DNA of 62,415 nt, filler included. It is 6 parts of 6 records of this genome, joined end to end, with 100 filler letters (N's around TTAATTAATTAA, not from the genome) between each part and the next. Parts side by side here need not be neighbours in the genome. Positions count along the whole stretch, not along the records: positions 6,505 to 23,891 come from DRR723986_10551; positions 23,992 to 30,197 come from DRR723986_10553; 4 more parts are not named here. One strand, given 5' to 3'. The notes below the pieces were generated by a model, which was not told where the DNA came from, did no database searches, and worked only from the letters and a program-made list of their open reading frames with translations. Shown one piece after another: positions 19,168 to 28,677 of this stretch (positions within the stretch are counted from its first letter, which is position 1; the number at the start of each line of letters is the position of its first letter). Made by a program: the position numbers and the translations under genes.

Positions 19168-20097
19168 ATGGCAGGGGTATTAGACAGCGTTAACCAGCGC
19201 ACCCAGCTAGTCGGTCAGAACCGGCTTGAGCTATTGCTGTTCCGTCTACGGGGGCGGCAGTTGTACGGCATCAACGTATTCAAGATTAAGGAAGTTCTTC
19301 AGTGCCCGAAACTGTCGTCGATTCCCAATAGCCGGAGCGTAGTCAGAGGCGTTTCCCACATTCGTGGTGAGACCATTCCCATTATTGATTTGAGTATGTC
19401 GATCGGTCTGCCGGGTATTCCCCAAGAGCAGTTGTCTACCAGTTTCGTGATCATCACCGAGTACAACCGTAAAACCCAGGGCTTTCTGGTAACGGGCGTA
19501 GACCGGATTATGAATATGAACTGGGAAGATATCTTGCCTCCGCCGAAGGGCGCAGGGAAGGATGTTTACCTGACAGCGGTTACGAAGATTGACGATAAAC
19601 TTGTAGAAATCATAGATGTAGAAAAGATTCTTGCAGAAGTTTCTCCGCTCAGGGAAGATGTGACGGAAGAGCTGGTTAGCCGAAGTGCGGAACGCGTTCC
19701 GGGTCATTTGCCCGTGCTGGTTGTGGATGATTCTTCCGTGGCTCGCAGGCAGATCGAGCGTTGCCTGACCGCCATCGGAATGGAAGTGGTTACCAAAAAT
19801 GATGGCAAGCAAGCGCTACAGTATCTCAGAGAGCTTACTCAGGACGGGTCGAAAGCGAACGACCACCTGTCTCTGATTATCTCTGACGTTGAGATGCCGG
19901 AAATGGACGGCTACACCCTGGTTACCAGAATCAAAGAAGATCCGGCTCTGAAAGATATGTATGTAATGCTGCACACCTCGCTGAGCGGTGTCTTCAACCG
20001 GGCGATGGTGCAGAAGGTGGGCGCAGACGATTTCATGGCGAAATTCAGCCCGGATGAGCTGGCCGAGCGAGTAATGGAAATTATTGATCAGCACTGA
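19168..20097 (+). CDS. cheV: Chemotaxis protein CheV (CheW + receiver)
   Basis: MAGVLDSVNQRTQLVGQNRLELLLF, YGINVFKIKEV, VVDDS, SDVEMPEMDGY. Confidence 0.97.
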   Translation: MAGVLDSVNQRTQLVGQNRLELLLFRLRGRQLYGINVFKIKEVLQCPKLSSIPNSRSVVRGVSHIRGETIPIIDLSMSIGLPGIPQEQLSTSFVIITEYNRKTQGFLVTGVDRIMNMNWEDILPPPKGAGKDVYLTAVTKIDDKLVEIIDVEKILAEVSPLREDVTEELVSRSAERVPGHLPVLVVDDSSVARRQIERCLTAIGMEVVTKNDGKQALQYLRELTQDGSKANDHLSLIISDVEMPEMDGYTLVTRIKEDPALKDMYVMLHTSLSGVFNRAMVQKVGADDFMAKFSPDELAERVMEIIDQH

Positions 20098-20132
20098 TGC
20101 TCGGCTGATGGTTTCACCCACGAAGAGATCCA

Positions 20133-20960
20133 ATGAAAGCGGACATAACGCCCCAGGAATACGAAGCCTTTAAAAAGTTCCTGCAGGATGCGTGCGGCAT
20201 CCTGCTGGGTGATAACAAACAGTATCTTGTAAAGAGCAGGCTTCGGCGCATTCTCGAAGAAAACAGCCTGAATTCCCTTGGAGAGCTTCTGGAACGATTA
20301 AAGAGGCCTGGAAGGGCAGGCTTGCGCGAGGTGGTCATCGACGCGATGACGACCAACGAGACGCTTTGGTTCAGAGACAACCATCCGTTCCGGATTCTGC
20401 AGGAAAAGCTCTTGCCAGAGTTTGCCGAGCGCAGTTCACTCCAGCCGTTAAGAATCTGGTCTTCCGCCTGTTCTACTGGCCAGGAGCCATACTCCGTAGC
20501 CATGGTAATTGACGAATTCCGTCGCACCCGCCCGGGTAAGCTGCGGGATGTGAAAATCACCGCAACGGACATCTCCAAAAGCGTGCTGGAGGTTGCCCGC
20601 CGCGGCGAATACGAAATGATCGCCATCGGCCGGGGGCTGTCCCCGGAGCGCCAGAAGCACTTTTTTACCCCCTCGGCCAACGGTGGTTGGCAGATTCGAC
20701 CGCAAATCAAGTCCATGGTGGAATTCAAGGAATTGAATCTGCTGGATCGATACATGCTTGGCAAGTTCGACATCATCATGTGCCGGAATGTGCTGATCTA
20801 TTTCTCAGCGGAGCTGAAAAAGGACATTCTTACCCGGCTGCATGGTGCTCTGAACCCCGGAGGCTATCTGATTCTTGGTGCTTCTGAGTCTTTGAACGGG
20901 CTTCCCAATCTCTACGAAATGGTCCAGTGTCACCCTGGCATCATCTATCGCAAAAAATAG
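20133..20960 (+). CDS. cheR: Chemotaxis methyltransferase CheR
   Basis: MTTNETLWFRD, IWSSACSTGQEPYS, CRNVLIYF. Confidence 0.97.
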   Translation: MKADITPQEYEAFKKFLQDACGILLGDNKQYLVKSRLRRILEENSLNSLGELLERLKRPGRAGLREVVIDAMTTNETLWFRDNHPFRILQEKLLPEFAERSSLQPLRIWSSACSTGQEPYSVAMVIDEFRRTRPGKLRDVKITATDISKSVLEVARRGEYEMIAIGRGLSPERQKHFFTPSANGGWQIRPQIKSMVEFKELNLLDRYMLGKFDIIMCRNVLIYFSAELKKDILTRLHGALNPGGYLILGASESLNGLPNLYEMVQCHPGIIYRKK

Positions 20961-20994
20961 CCGGGAACTGTTCAATGCGGAGTAGGGGACCGAC

Positions 20995-21894
20995 GTGGAG
21001 AATCTGAACCTCCGACATCTCTATTATTTCTGGGTTATTAGCCGCGAAGGCTCTATTGCCCGAGCCAGCGAGGTACTCGACCTGGCACCCCAGACCCTCA
21101 GTGGCCAGCTTGCGACCTTTGAAGGCGCGGTGGGCGGCCGGTTATTCAGCCGCGAGCGCCGGCAACTGGTACTCACAGAGCTCGGCCATATGGTTCGCAG
21201 TTATGCCGATGAGATCTTTGAGCTAACCGGTCAGTTGTCTGAAACCCTGAGGGCGGGGCCTGAACACAGGCCGCTTTCCTTGTCTGCGGGCATATCGGCG
21301 TCTATCCACAAACTGATCGCCTATTACCTCCTTCACCCGGCGATGAAGCTGAACCGGCCCGTGCAACTGGAATGCCGGACCGGCCGGACGGAAGATCTTC
21401 TTCTCAGCCTCAAGCGGAAGGAGCTCGACGTTGTACTGACCGATAGAATGCCCCAGGCAGAATCTCCTGAACGTTTCGCGGTTCATCCGCTATCCCGGTC
21501 TACCATCAGTCTGTTTGCTGCACCCGAACTGGCAGAGCAGCTCAAAACCGGCTTTCCTCACTCGCTCAATCACCAGCCGTTACTGGCGAACGCTACCGAT
21601 GCGCCGTATTTCGAGAAACTGATGCACTGGTTCAATCTCAATAATGTCCGAATGAACCTGGTTGCCCGAGTCGATGACAGCGCCCTTATCAAGGTGTTTG
21701 GTCGGGAGGGACTTGGTGTGTTCGCGGCGCCTACGATGATTCAGGATGAAGTGTGCCGTCAGTATCAGGTGGCTCTGATTGCTTCGCTCGATGAGGTGAC
21801 GGATCAGCTGTTTGCGGTCTCCCGAAGCCGAAAGCTGGCCCATGAGGGGGTGAGGGCAATCTGCGAGGCTCGTCAGGGGATCTTTGAGCGCTAG
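20995..21894 (+). CDS. LysR-family regulator, NhaR-like
   Basis: LNLRHLYYFW..REGSIARAS..PQTLSGQL and DDSALIKVFG are characteristic of the NhaR subfamily. Confidence 0.85.
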   Translation: MENLNLRHLYYFWVISREGSIARASEVLDLAPQTLSGQLATFEGAVGGRLFSRERRQLVLTELGHMVRSYADEIFELTGQLSETLRAGPEHRPLSLSAGISASIHKLIAYYLLHPAMKLNRPVQLECRTGRTEDLLLSLKRKELDVVLTDRMPQAESPERFAVHPLSRSTISLFAAPELAEQLKTGFPHSLNHQPLLANATDAPYFEKLMHWFNLNNVRMNLVARVDDSALIKVFGREGLGVFAAPTMIQDEVCRQYQVALIASLDEVTDQLFAVSRSRKLAHEGVRAICEARQGIFER

Positions 21895-21911
21895 ACTTCA
21901 CTCTGTTAAAG

Positions 21912-21928
21912 CATCGAAAAATACGATG
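21912..21928. promoter_or_regulatory. LysR/NhaR-type palindromic operator
   Basis: CATCG-AAAAATA-CGATG (contains T-N11-A), about 85 bp upstream of the 22015 gene. Confidence 0.65.
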
Positions 21929-22014
21929 TTGTTTGCTTAATAAAACTTATTTTATCGAAGCCTGCACTGCTCCATTATGGAATCGTATTCCGCAGTATCC
22001 AGAGGAGCGCAGCT

Positions 22015-22380
22015 ATGAAAACGATTCACAAGTTCAGACTTGAGCCTGGTAAAGAGCCTACCACCCTGACCTTGAGAGAGGGTTATGAAGTGGTGCGCTG
22101 CGAGTATCTGGTGCCGCACAAAGCGGTCTTCCTTTGGGTACAGCAGCCTTTGAATGTAACCACGCCTACTGTGGAACGGCAGTTCCGGGTGGCAATGTCG
22201 GGTGAGCCGGTTCCCGATCGGTTCCAGTACATTGATACCGCGCTTGACCCGTTCGGCCCTGAGGCCTATCACGTCTTCGCGGTGCCGGCAGGCGAATCTC
22301 ACCTCACTGGTAATGGCCACGAGCGGGCCAGCGATGAAATGCTGGGTGGCGCTGGGTGGCAAGGGCGTTACGCGTCCTGA
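22015..22380 (+). CDS. Hypothetical protein (resembles small beta-rich DUF7352-like proteins)
   Basis: GAGGAG SD, own terminator; pattern MKTIHKF..LW....RQFRV..SG....QYIDT....YHVF. Confidence 0.7.
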   Translation: MKTIHKFRLEPGKEPTTLTLREGYEVVRCEYLVPHKAVFLWVQQPLNVTTPTVERQFRVAMSGEPVPDRFQYIDTALDPFGPEAYHVFAVPAGESHLTGNGHERASDEMLGGAGWQGRYAS

Positions 22381-22416
22381 ATATGATCGCTAGCAAGCAG
22401 CGTTGCACGCGCTCTT

Positions 22417-22439
22417 GGGCCCCGTCTGGGGCCCTTTTT
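22417..22439 (+). terminator. Intrinsic terminator
   Basis: GGGCCCC-GTCT-GGGGCCC-TTTTT. Confidence 0.8.
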
Positions 22440-23106
22440 ACGTTTCAGGGGAGTGGTTTACCGGTAAGTGGCCGGTTTTTACCCAGATGACCGTCTCCTG
22501 TTCTACGAACGGATGATGTTCGCTCATATGCGGGCTGCGAATCCAGCTTCCTGCGGGATACCGGCCGTGTTCATCACAGAATTCGCCCGACAGCACAAAG
22601 ATCTCTTCTCCACCAAAGTGACGATGCGGCTGAAAGGTTTCGTTTGGCGGCCACTTCACCAGGGCAACGTGTTCATGCTCGAATTCGTGCAAAGGCATAA
22701 CCTGTAAGCCGCCAATGCCGGGTAGCCAGTGGCCGGCATTGGTATCGATTCTGACCGTCGCGGTATCTCTCGGGTCGAACTGATGGAGTTTGACCAGCAG
22801 GGTGCAGCCCTCTTCACTGAACGGTGCGTGACTGCTGCCCGGAGGGTTCCGGATGTAGGTGCCGGCCGGATAGTGGCCGGTCTCGTCGGAAAAAACGCCT
22901 TCAAGCACCAGAATCTCTTCGCCCAGAGGGTGTTCGTGGGTAGAGAAGGAGGAACCGGGCTTATAGCGCACAACGCTGGTGGCGTGGCCCCGCTCCGCTT
23001 CCTCTCGGGCCAGTGGTTTGCGCTCAACGCCAGCGGCGGGGCTGGGCACCCAGTGCTGTTCGTGGGTGCGAATAACAACGCGCTGGGAAAAGTCCATGTT
23101 GAGCAT
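22438..23106 (-). CDS. ChrR-like double cupin protein
   Basis: WVPSPAAGVERKPL, HEHPLGEEILVLEGVFSDE, HRHFGGEEIFVLSG, WVKTGHL. Start taken at MLNMDF. Confidence 0.88.
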   Translation of the reverse strand: MLNMDFSQRVVIRTHEQHWVPSPAAGVERKPLAREEAERGHATSVVRYKPGSSFSTHEHPLGEEILVLEGVFSDETGHYPAGTYIRNPPGSSHAPFSEEGCTLLVKLHQFDPRDTATVRIDTNAGHWLPGIGGLQVMPLHEFEHEHVALVKWPPNETFQPHRHFGGEEIFVLSGEFCDEHGRYPAGSWIRSPHMSEHHPFVEQETVIWVKTGHLPVNHSPET

Positions 23107-23127
23107 AATGTATCTACCTTCTGTCAT

Positions 23128-23664
23128 TCACTTTATCAGGGCCTGAATGTCCCGGAAGTGTGGATGCTTGCAGTGAACCATCCACTCGAAGGCCACCATT
23201 TCCGTGGTAACAATGCGGGCGCCGCTCTGGTACAGTCGATCCAGGGCAACGTCCCGGTCAAGTTCGCTACGGGACCCGGTGGCATCTGCCACCACCCACA
23301 CCTTATAGCCTGCATCCAGAAGGCTCAGGGCGGTCTGCAGCATACATACGTGGGTTTCGCAGCCCCCGATGACAATGTGTTGCCGGCCTTCGGGCAATTC
23401 GTCGATGAGTCCTTCCGGGCAGGCGTCGAAATGGGTTTTCGCCAGGGTTTTGTTGCACAGATCCTTAACGCCTTCCAGATTCGGCCCAAGTTTTTCAGGT
23501 ATCTGCTCGGTTGCAATCGCGGGTACGCCAAGCAGTCCCGCAATGGTTGCGAGCGTAATGCAACGCTCAGCAACCGCATCGCCCTCGCTGATGGCGGGCA
23601 TCAGCCGTTCCTGGACGTCAATGAGCAACAGGGTGGATTGGTCGGCTTTCATCAGCATGGTCAT
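23128..23664 (-). CDS. Isochorismatase-family hydrolase
   Basis: LLLIDVQERL, KTHFDAC, GCETHVCMLQT, VADATGSR, EMVAFEW. Confidence 0.9.
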   Translation of the reverse strand: MTMLMKADQSTLLLIDVQERLMPAISEGDAVAERCITLATIAGLLGVPAIATEQIPEKLGPNLEGVKDLCNKTLAKTHFDACPEGLIDELPEGRQHIVIGGCETHVCMLQTALSLLDAGYKVWVVADATGSRSELDRDVALDRLYQSGARIVTTEMVAFEWMVHCKHPHFRDIQALIK

Positions 23665-23783
23665 TCTCCTGAACGTGTTGGGCGGGTTTCCTGAAAGGAT
23701 ACGCCATGGACCCGGGGTTTGTTATGCCCGAGGCCGTCGTAAGGTCCTTCTAAAAAAATTTTTGATGAATTCAAAACATGGAG

Positions 23784-23820
23784 TTGCCAAACGCCGTCAA
23801 AACCATTAAAGTTTGCGCCC
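23784..23820 (+). promoter_or_regulatory. Sigma70 stable-RNA promoter of tRNA-Ser
   Basis: TTGCCA-N17-TAAAGT with GC-rich discriminator (GCGCCC) and AT-rich upstream tract. Confidence 0.7.
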
Positions 23821-23860
23821 TCAAATGAGCGACGACATCGCTGATTTGAAACAGTTTATT

Positions 23861-23891
23861 GGAGAGGTGGCCGAGTGGCTGAAGGCGCACG
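23861..23891 (+). tRNA. tRNA-Ser, 5' part only (probably GGA isoacceptor; anticodon not visible)
   Basis: GGAGAGGTGGCCGAGTGGCTGAAGGCGCACG is the acceptor stem and D-arm of a class II serine tRNA, cut by the contig end. Confidence 0.85.
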
Positions 23892-23991
23892 NNNNNNNNN
23901 NNNNNNNNNNNNNNNNNNNNNNNNNNNNNNNNNNNTTAATTAATTAANNNNNNNNNNNNNNNNNNNNNNNNNNNNNNNNNNNNNNNNNNNN
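23892..23991. other. Artificial contig linker
   Basis: 44 N + TTAATTAATTAA + 44 N. Confidence 0.99.
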
Positions 23992-24660
23992 GGTGCGCCC
24001 GCCATAGGGCTTGAACCATTCGCCCACGCGTTGGGCGTAATAGCCTGCCGCGTTCACCACATATTCGCAGCGGATCTCGCCCTGATCGGTTTGCACCACC
24101 CATTCACCATTTTCGCGCCGCACGCCCGTGGCGGGGCAAAAGCGCAAGATCGTGGCGCCCATATCGCGGGCGCCTTTGGCCAGCGCCTGGGTCAGCTGCG
24201 CGGGGTCGATATCGCCATCATTGGGGTCGTATAGTGCGCCATGCAGATCGTGGGTTTCGATAAAGGGGTAGCGCGCCTTGATCTCGTCAAGGCCCAGAAT
24301 ATCTAGATCCATTCCTTGATAGAGGCCCATACCCTTGGCGCGCTGAAACTCTTGCATGCGCTCGGCGCTATGGGCCAGGCGGATCGAGCCGGTGACGTGG
24401 TAATTCATCGGGTAATCCACCTTGGCCCCCAGATCGCGATACAGCTCGGTGGAATAGCGCTGCATGTTCATCACCGACCACGAGGTGGAAAACGTGGGCA
24501 CATTACCAGCCGCGTGCCATGTGCTGCCTGCGGTCAATTCGTTTTTTTCCAGCAAAACGCAATCGGTCCAGCCGGCTTGGGCCAGGTGATACAGGGCCGA
24601 AACCCCCACCGCACCGCCGCCGATAATCACCACACGGGCCGTTGTTGGAATTGTGCTCAT
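23992..24660 (-). CDS. GcvT-family FAD-dependent oxidoreductase (dimethylglycine/sarcosine dehydrogenase-like), 3'-truncated
   Basis: VVIIGGGAVG, LLEKNELTAGSTWHAAG, DGDIDPAQLTQALAKGAR, VVNAAGYYA. Confidence 0.9.
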
Positions 24661-24672
24661 GTTTTCTCTCCC

Positions 24673-25302
24673 TCAATCCAGAACAAGCCGGGCTGCCAGC
24701 CCAGCAAAGACGACAGCCGAGATCTTGCCCAGCCACCCAGCGGCGCGCCCCAGCGCCTGCCCAAAAACACCGGCCGCCGCCCCGTAGGCTGCGGTGATGA
24801 AAAACCCTGTGATGACAAATAGCGCGCCCAGGGCCAGAATCTGTGGCCACACCGGGCCGATGCCCGGGTTGGCAAATTGCGGCAAGAAGGCCATCACAAA
24901 CAGCGCAACCTTGGGGTTGAGCGCATTGGTGGTAAAGCCCCGCCACACCGCACGGCCCAGCCCCATGGCTGCCGCGCCGGCCCTGGGGGCGGGGGCATGC
25001 CAGGCGGCCCATGCCAGCCACAGCAAATAGGCGCCACCTGCCCATCGAATAAGATCATAAGCCTTGGGGTGGGCCAATAGGGCCGCCGACAGGCCCAAAC
25101 TGGCCAGCCCCACATGCAGCACCGCCCCCAGCGCCACGCCCGCCGCCGCTGCCACACCAACACGCCACCCGCCCGCCAGGCCACAGGCGCTGGCAAACAT
25201 CACATCGGCGCCCGGGGTCAGGTTCAGCACAATGCCCGCCAGAACGAATGTGCCGATCGTGGTGGCATCCATGGCCAGCAAACTGTCTAGGATCATGGCC
25301 AT
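24673..25302 (-). CDS. LysE/RhtB family translocator
   Basis: LNLTPGADV, RWAGGAYLLWLAW, TNALNPKVALF..FLPQF. Start is 25302 (TAATG coupling) or 25296. Confidence 0.9.
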   Translation of the reverse strand: MAMILDSLLAMDATTIGTFVLAGIVLNLTPGADVMFASACGLAGGWRVGVAAAAGVALGAVLHVGLASLGLSAALLAHPKAYDLIRWAGGAYLLWLAWAAWHAPAPRAGAAAMGLGRAVWRGFTTNALNPKVALFVMAFLPQFANPGIGPVWPQILALGALFVITGFFITAAYGAAAGVFGQALGRAAGWLGKISAVVFAGLAARLVLD

Positions 25303-25871
25303 TAATACACCGGGGGTGCGATCACCCAGATCGCAACGGCGGGTGCATTGGTGGGGTTGGCCCAAGAGAACGGCTCGCCGCGGATGCGGAAACTATCGCC
25401 TGGCAGGATACGAAACGCATTGCCTGCAATGGTGATATCCAGCTGGCCAGATACCAAAAACCCCAGTTCCTGTGTGGGGCGGTTGGTGGGTTTTTTCAGC
25501 CGGCTATGGGGGGCAAAGGTGGAATGGACCACCTCGAAATCATCGGTCAGATCGGGCGAAAGCAGCTCTTCCACCAGCCCGGGTATGCGTGTGCCAATCG
25601 GGCGCCGGGCCGTGCGGCGCACCACATAGCCGCTTTCGTGCTGGGGGGCATCGGCCTGGGAAAACAGCAGCGATACTGGCACATCCAGCGCCCGTGCGAT
25701 CCGGCGCAGATCGGCCACAGACAGCTGTGACATATCCCGCTCGACCTGGCTAAGCCAGCCTACCGACCGCTGCAGCTGCCCCGCCAATTGCTGCAGCGTC
25801 AGGCCACGGGCGTGGCGCAGGCTGCGCAGGTCGGCGCCCAAGATCGGGCTGGGGGGGGCGGTGGTTTCCAT
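25302..25871 (-). CDS. XRE-family HTH regulator with C-terminal cupin
   Basis: LGADLRSLRHARGLTLQQLA..SVGWLSQVERD; cupin GDSFRIRGEPFSWANP..WVIAPPVY. Confidence 0.92.
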   Translation of the reverse strand: METTAPPSPILGADLRSLRHARGLTLQQLAGQLQRSVGWLSQVERDMSQLSVADLRRIARALDVPVSLLFSQADAPQHESGYVVRRTARRPIGTRIPGLVEELLSPDLTDDFEVVHSTFAPHSRLKKPTNRPTQELGFLVSGQLDITIAGNAFRILPGDSFRIRGEPFSWANPTNAPAVAIWVIAPPVY

Positions 25872-25883
25872 CGGGGCGAATCG

Positions 25884-25949
25884 CGTGAAAATATTTGCTA
25901 CTTTTTCACGATGAATCGTTTGCGTGAAAATTCAAAGCAAAATTTCACG
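25884..25949. promoter_or_regulatory. Two tandem 27-bp palindromic operators upstream of the XRE gene
   Basis: CGTGAAAATATTTGCTACTTTTTCACG (25884-25910) and CGTGAAAATTCAAAGCAAAATTTCACG (25923-25949). Confidence 0.75.
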
Positions 25950-26000
25950 CCCCAAAGGGGAAATTTCACAAAAGCCGTTTCGCCCCACAGGCTGGCGGCA

Positions 26001-26555
26001 CTAAAGCGCCCAGCGCCTGACGGCGCGGGCCAGTCTTTGGCCAAAAAGATGGGCTGTGTGCAAATCGCCGGCACTGATCAGCTGGGTTTTGTCGCGCACA
26101 GAAACCGCGCCCAGCCCCAGCCATACGCCGCTTTGGTTCAGCCCCTCTTTTTCGGGGTCAACCGGCGCGCCGATTTGGTCTTGGCCCACCCAAACCATAC
26201 CGTGCTGCATGGCAAATACCATCAGCTGCTGCAGGGTTTGCAGCTTGTCGCCGCCGCCGAAAATGGCCACGGTAAAGCCAGCGGCCAGCTTATCGGCCCA
26301 GCGCTGCTGCGCCCAAAGCGTGCCGGTCTGATCCATGAAAGCTTTGAATTCGGCCGCGGCGCTGCCCATATAGGTGGGCGTGCCCATAACGATGGCATCG
26401 GCTGCATCCAGCGCTTGCCAATCGGTTTCGGCGATCTGGGCAACATCGATCAGCCGGGCATTGCACTGGCCAGCCCCCAGCCCCGCGGCAATTTCTTGCG
26501 CCAAGCGCCGGGTATGGCCCCGCCCCGAGAAATAGGGGATTGCAACATTTCCCAT
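26001..26555 (-). CDS. WrbA-like flavodoxin family protein
   Basis: YFSGRGHTRRLA, DAIVMGTPTYMGS, KLAAGFT, AMQHGMVWVG. Confidence 0.9.
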   Translation of the reverse strand: MGNVAIPYFSGRGHTRRLAQEIAAGLGAGQCNARLIDVAQIAETDWQALDAADAIVMGTPTYMGSAAAEFKAFMDQTGTLWAQQRWADKLAAGFTVAIFGGGDKLQTLQQLMVFAMQHGMVWVGQDQIGAPVDPEKEGLNQSGVWLGLGAVSVRDKTQLISAGDLHTAHLFGQRLARAVRRWAL

Positions 26556-28142
26556 TCAGGCCACCCGCCCCAAAATCATGTCAGCGGCTTTTTCTGCAAT
26601 CATGATGGTGGGCGAATTGGTGTTGCCGCTGGTGATGGTGGGCATCACGCTGGCATCCACCACCCGCAGCCCCTGCAGGCCGCGCAGGCGCAGCTGGGCA
26701 TCAAGCGGGGCTGCGGCATCTGCACCCATGCGCACGGTGCCTACGGGGTGGAAAATGGTGGTGCCGATATCGCCTGCGGCGCGGGCCAGATCCGCCGGAT
26801 CGTCGCTGTCGATGCCGGGTTTCATCTCGACCGGGGCATATTTGGCCATGGCCGATTGCGCCATGATCGCACGCGCCTGGCGAATGGCATCGACGGCAAC
26901 GCGCCTGTCGCCTTCGGTGCTGAGATAGTTGGGGGCGATCAGCGGCGCATCTTCGGGGTTGGCCGAGGCGATTTGCACGCTGCCGCGGCTTTCGGGGCGC
27001 AGATTGCACACGCTGGCGGTGATGGCCGGGAAATCATGCAAAGGCTGGCCAAATGCCTCGAGCGACAGCGGCTGCACGTGATATTCCAGATCGGGCGAGG
27101 CCAGCCCCGGGCGCGAATGCGAAAACGCGCCCAGCTGGCTGGGGGCCATCGACATGGGCCCCGACCGCGTCAGCAGGTATTCCAGCCCGATACGGGCCTT
27201 GCCAAACAGGCTGTTGGCAAGCGTGTTCAGCGTTTTGGCCCCCTCTAGCCGCCAGGCGCAGCGCAGTTGCAAATGGTCTTGCAGGTTGGCCCCGATGCCC
27301 GCCATTTCATGCTGCACGCCAATGCCGTGGCGCTGCAACAAATCGCCCGGGCCAATACCGCTAAGCTGCAATATCTGCGGCGAGGCAATGGCGCCTGCGC
27401 ATAGCAGCACCTCGGCCCGGGCGCGGGCGGTTTTCACCGTGCCACCATGGCGATATTCGACACCGACAACCTGTTTGCCCCGCAGCAGCAGGCGGGTGGT
27501 ATGGGCCTGCGTCAGCACCTGCAGGCTGTTGGTATTGGCGGTGCGCAAAAACGCCTTGGCCGTGTTCATGCGCCATCCGCCGCGCTGGTTTACCTTGAAA
27601 TAGCCCACGCCCTCGTTGTTGCCGGTGTTGAAATCCAGGCTTTCGGGCAGGCCCCATTGCATGGCGGCGGCTTTCCAATCATCCAGCAAATCCCAATGCA
27701 GGCGCTGGTTTTCTACCCGCCATTCACCGCCTGTGCCATGGAGCGGGCTTTCGCCATCAACATAATCTTCGGATTTGCGAAAATAGGGCAGCACATCATC
27801 CCAGCCCCAGCCCGGCAGGCCCGATTGGCGCCAGCCGTCGTAATCATTGGCCTGACCGCGCAGATAGAGCATGCCGTTGATCGACGAACAGCCCCCCAGC
27901 CCCTTGCCCCGTGGGTAAAGCAGGCTGCGCCCGTTCAGCCCAGGTTCGGCCTGGGTGCGCAGGCACCAATCGGTGCGGGGGTTTCCGATGCAGTAAAGAT
28001 AACCCATCGGGATATGGATCCAGTGGTAGTTATCTTTTCCGCCCGCCTCGAGCAGCAGCACTTTGTGCCCCGCCTCAGACAGCCGTTTTGCCAGCACGCA
28101 GCCCGCACTGCCCGCCCCAATGATGATATAATCATGTTCCAT
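26556..28142 (-). CDS. GMC-family oxidoreductase (choline dehydrogenase-like)
   Basis: DYIIIGAGSAGCVLA, RGKGLGGCSSINGM, NLQDHLQ, HPVGTVRMG, VVDASVMP..SGNTN. Confidence 0.93.
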   Translation of the reverse strand: MEHDYIIIGAGSAGCVLAKRLSEAGHKVLLLEAGGKDNYHWIHIPMGYLYCIGNPRTDWCLRTQAEPGLNGRSLLYPRGKGLGGCSSINGMLYLRGQANDYDGWRQSGLPGWGWDDVLPYFRKSEDYVDGESPLHGTGGEWRVENQRLHWDLLDDWKAAAMQWGLPESLDFNTGNNEGVGYFKVNQRGGWRMNTAKAFLRTANTNSLQVLTQAHTTRLLLRGKQVVGVEYRHGGTVKTARARAEVLLCAGAIASPQILQLSGIGPGDLLQRHGIGVQHEMAGIGANLQDHLQLRCAWRLEGAKTLNTLANSLFGKARIGLEYLLTRSGPMSMAPSQLGAFSHSRPGLASPDLEYHVQPLSLEAFGQPLHDFPAITASVCNLRPESRGSVQIASANPEDAPLIAPNYLSTEGDRRVAVDAIRQARAIMAQSAMAKYAPVEMKPGIDSDDPADLARAAGDIGTTIFHPVGTVRMGADAAAPLDAQLRLRGLQGLRVVDASVMPTITSGNTNSPTIMIAEKAADMILGRVA

Positions 28143-28218
28143 GGCGGCGCCCCCCGTTGCCCTGGTTTTTGTTCACTGTTCAACAAAGCGGCCCAAGGTG
28201 CAATGCACCTGGGCCCGG

Positions 28219-28677
28219 CTACAAAGGCAGGGCTGTGGTTTTGAACACCGTGCGCAAGGCGAACGAGGATTGCATCTGCGCCACCCCCGGCAAGCGGGCC
28301 AGGTGTTGGCGGTGGATGCGGGCGAAATCTTCGGTGTTTTCGGCCACCACTTTCAGAATGTAATCAGCCGAGCCTGCCATCAGGTGGCATTCCAGCACAT
28401 CGGGAATGCGCGCTACGGCTTTTTCAAAGGCGTCCAGCACCTCGTCCGCCTGGCCCTGCAGGGTGATTTCAACAAAAACGGTTGTTGGCACGCCCAGCTT
28501 GCGCGGATCCAGCAGCGCCACGTAATCGCGGATATAGCCATCGCTTTCCAGCCGCTGCACCCTGCGGTGGCAGGCCGAGGGTGACAGGTTGACCGCCTCG
28601 CTCAGATCTGCGTTCGAGATACGGCCGCGTTTTTGCAGCACGCCCAAAATCCTGATATCTGTCGGGTCTAGCGCCAT
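28219..28677 (-). CDS. Lrp/AsnC-family regulator (AldR-like)
   Basis: MALDPTDIRIL..GRISNADLSEAVNLSPSACHRRVQRLE, ECHLMAGSADYILKV; divergent from ald. Start corrected to 28677. Confidence 0.92.
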   Translation of the reverse strand: MALDPTDIRILGVLQKRGRISNADLSEAVNLSPSACHRRVQRLESDGYIRDYVALLDPRKLGVPTTVFVEITLQGQADEVLDAFEKAVARIPDVLECHLMAGSADYILKVVAENTEDFARIHRQHLARLPGVAQMQSSFALRTVFKTTALPL

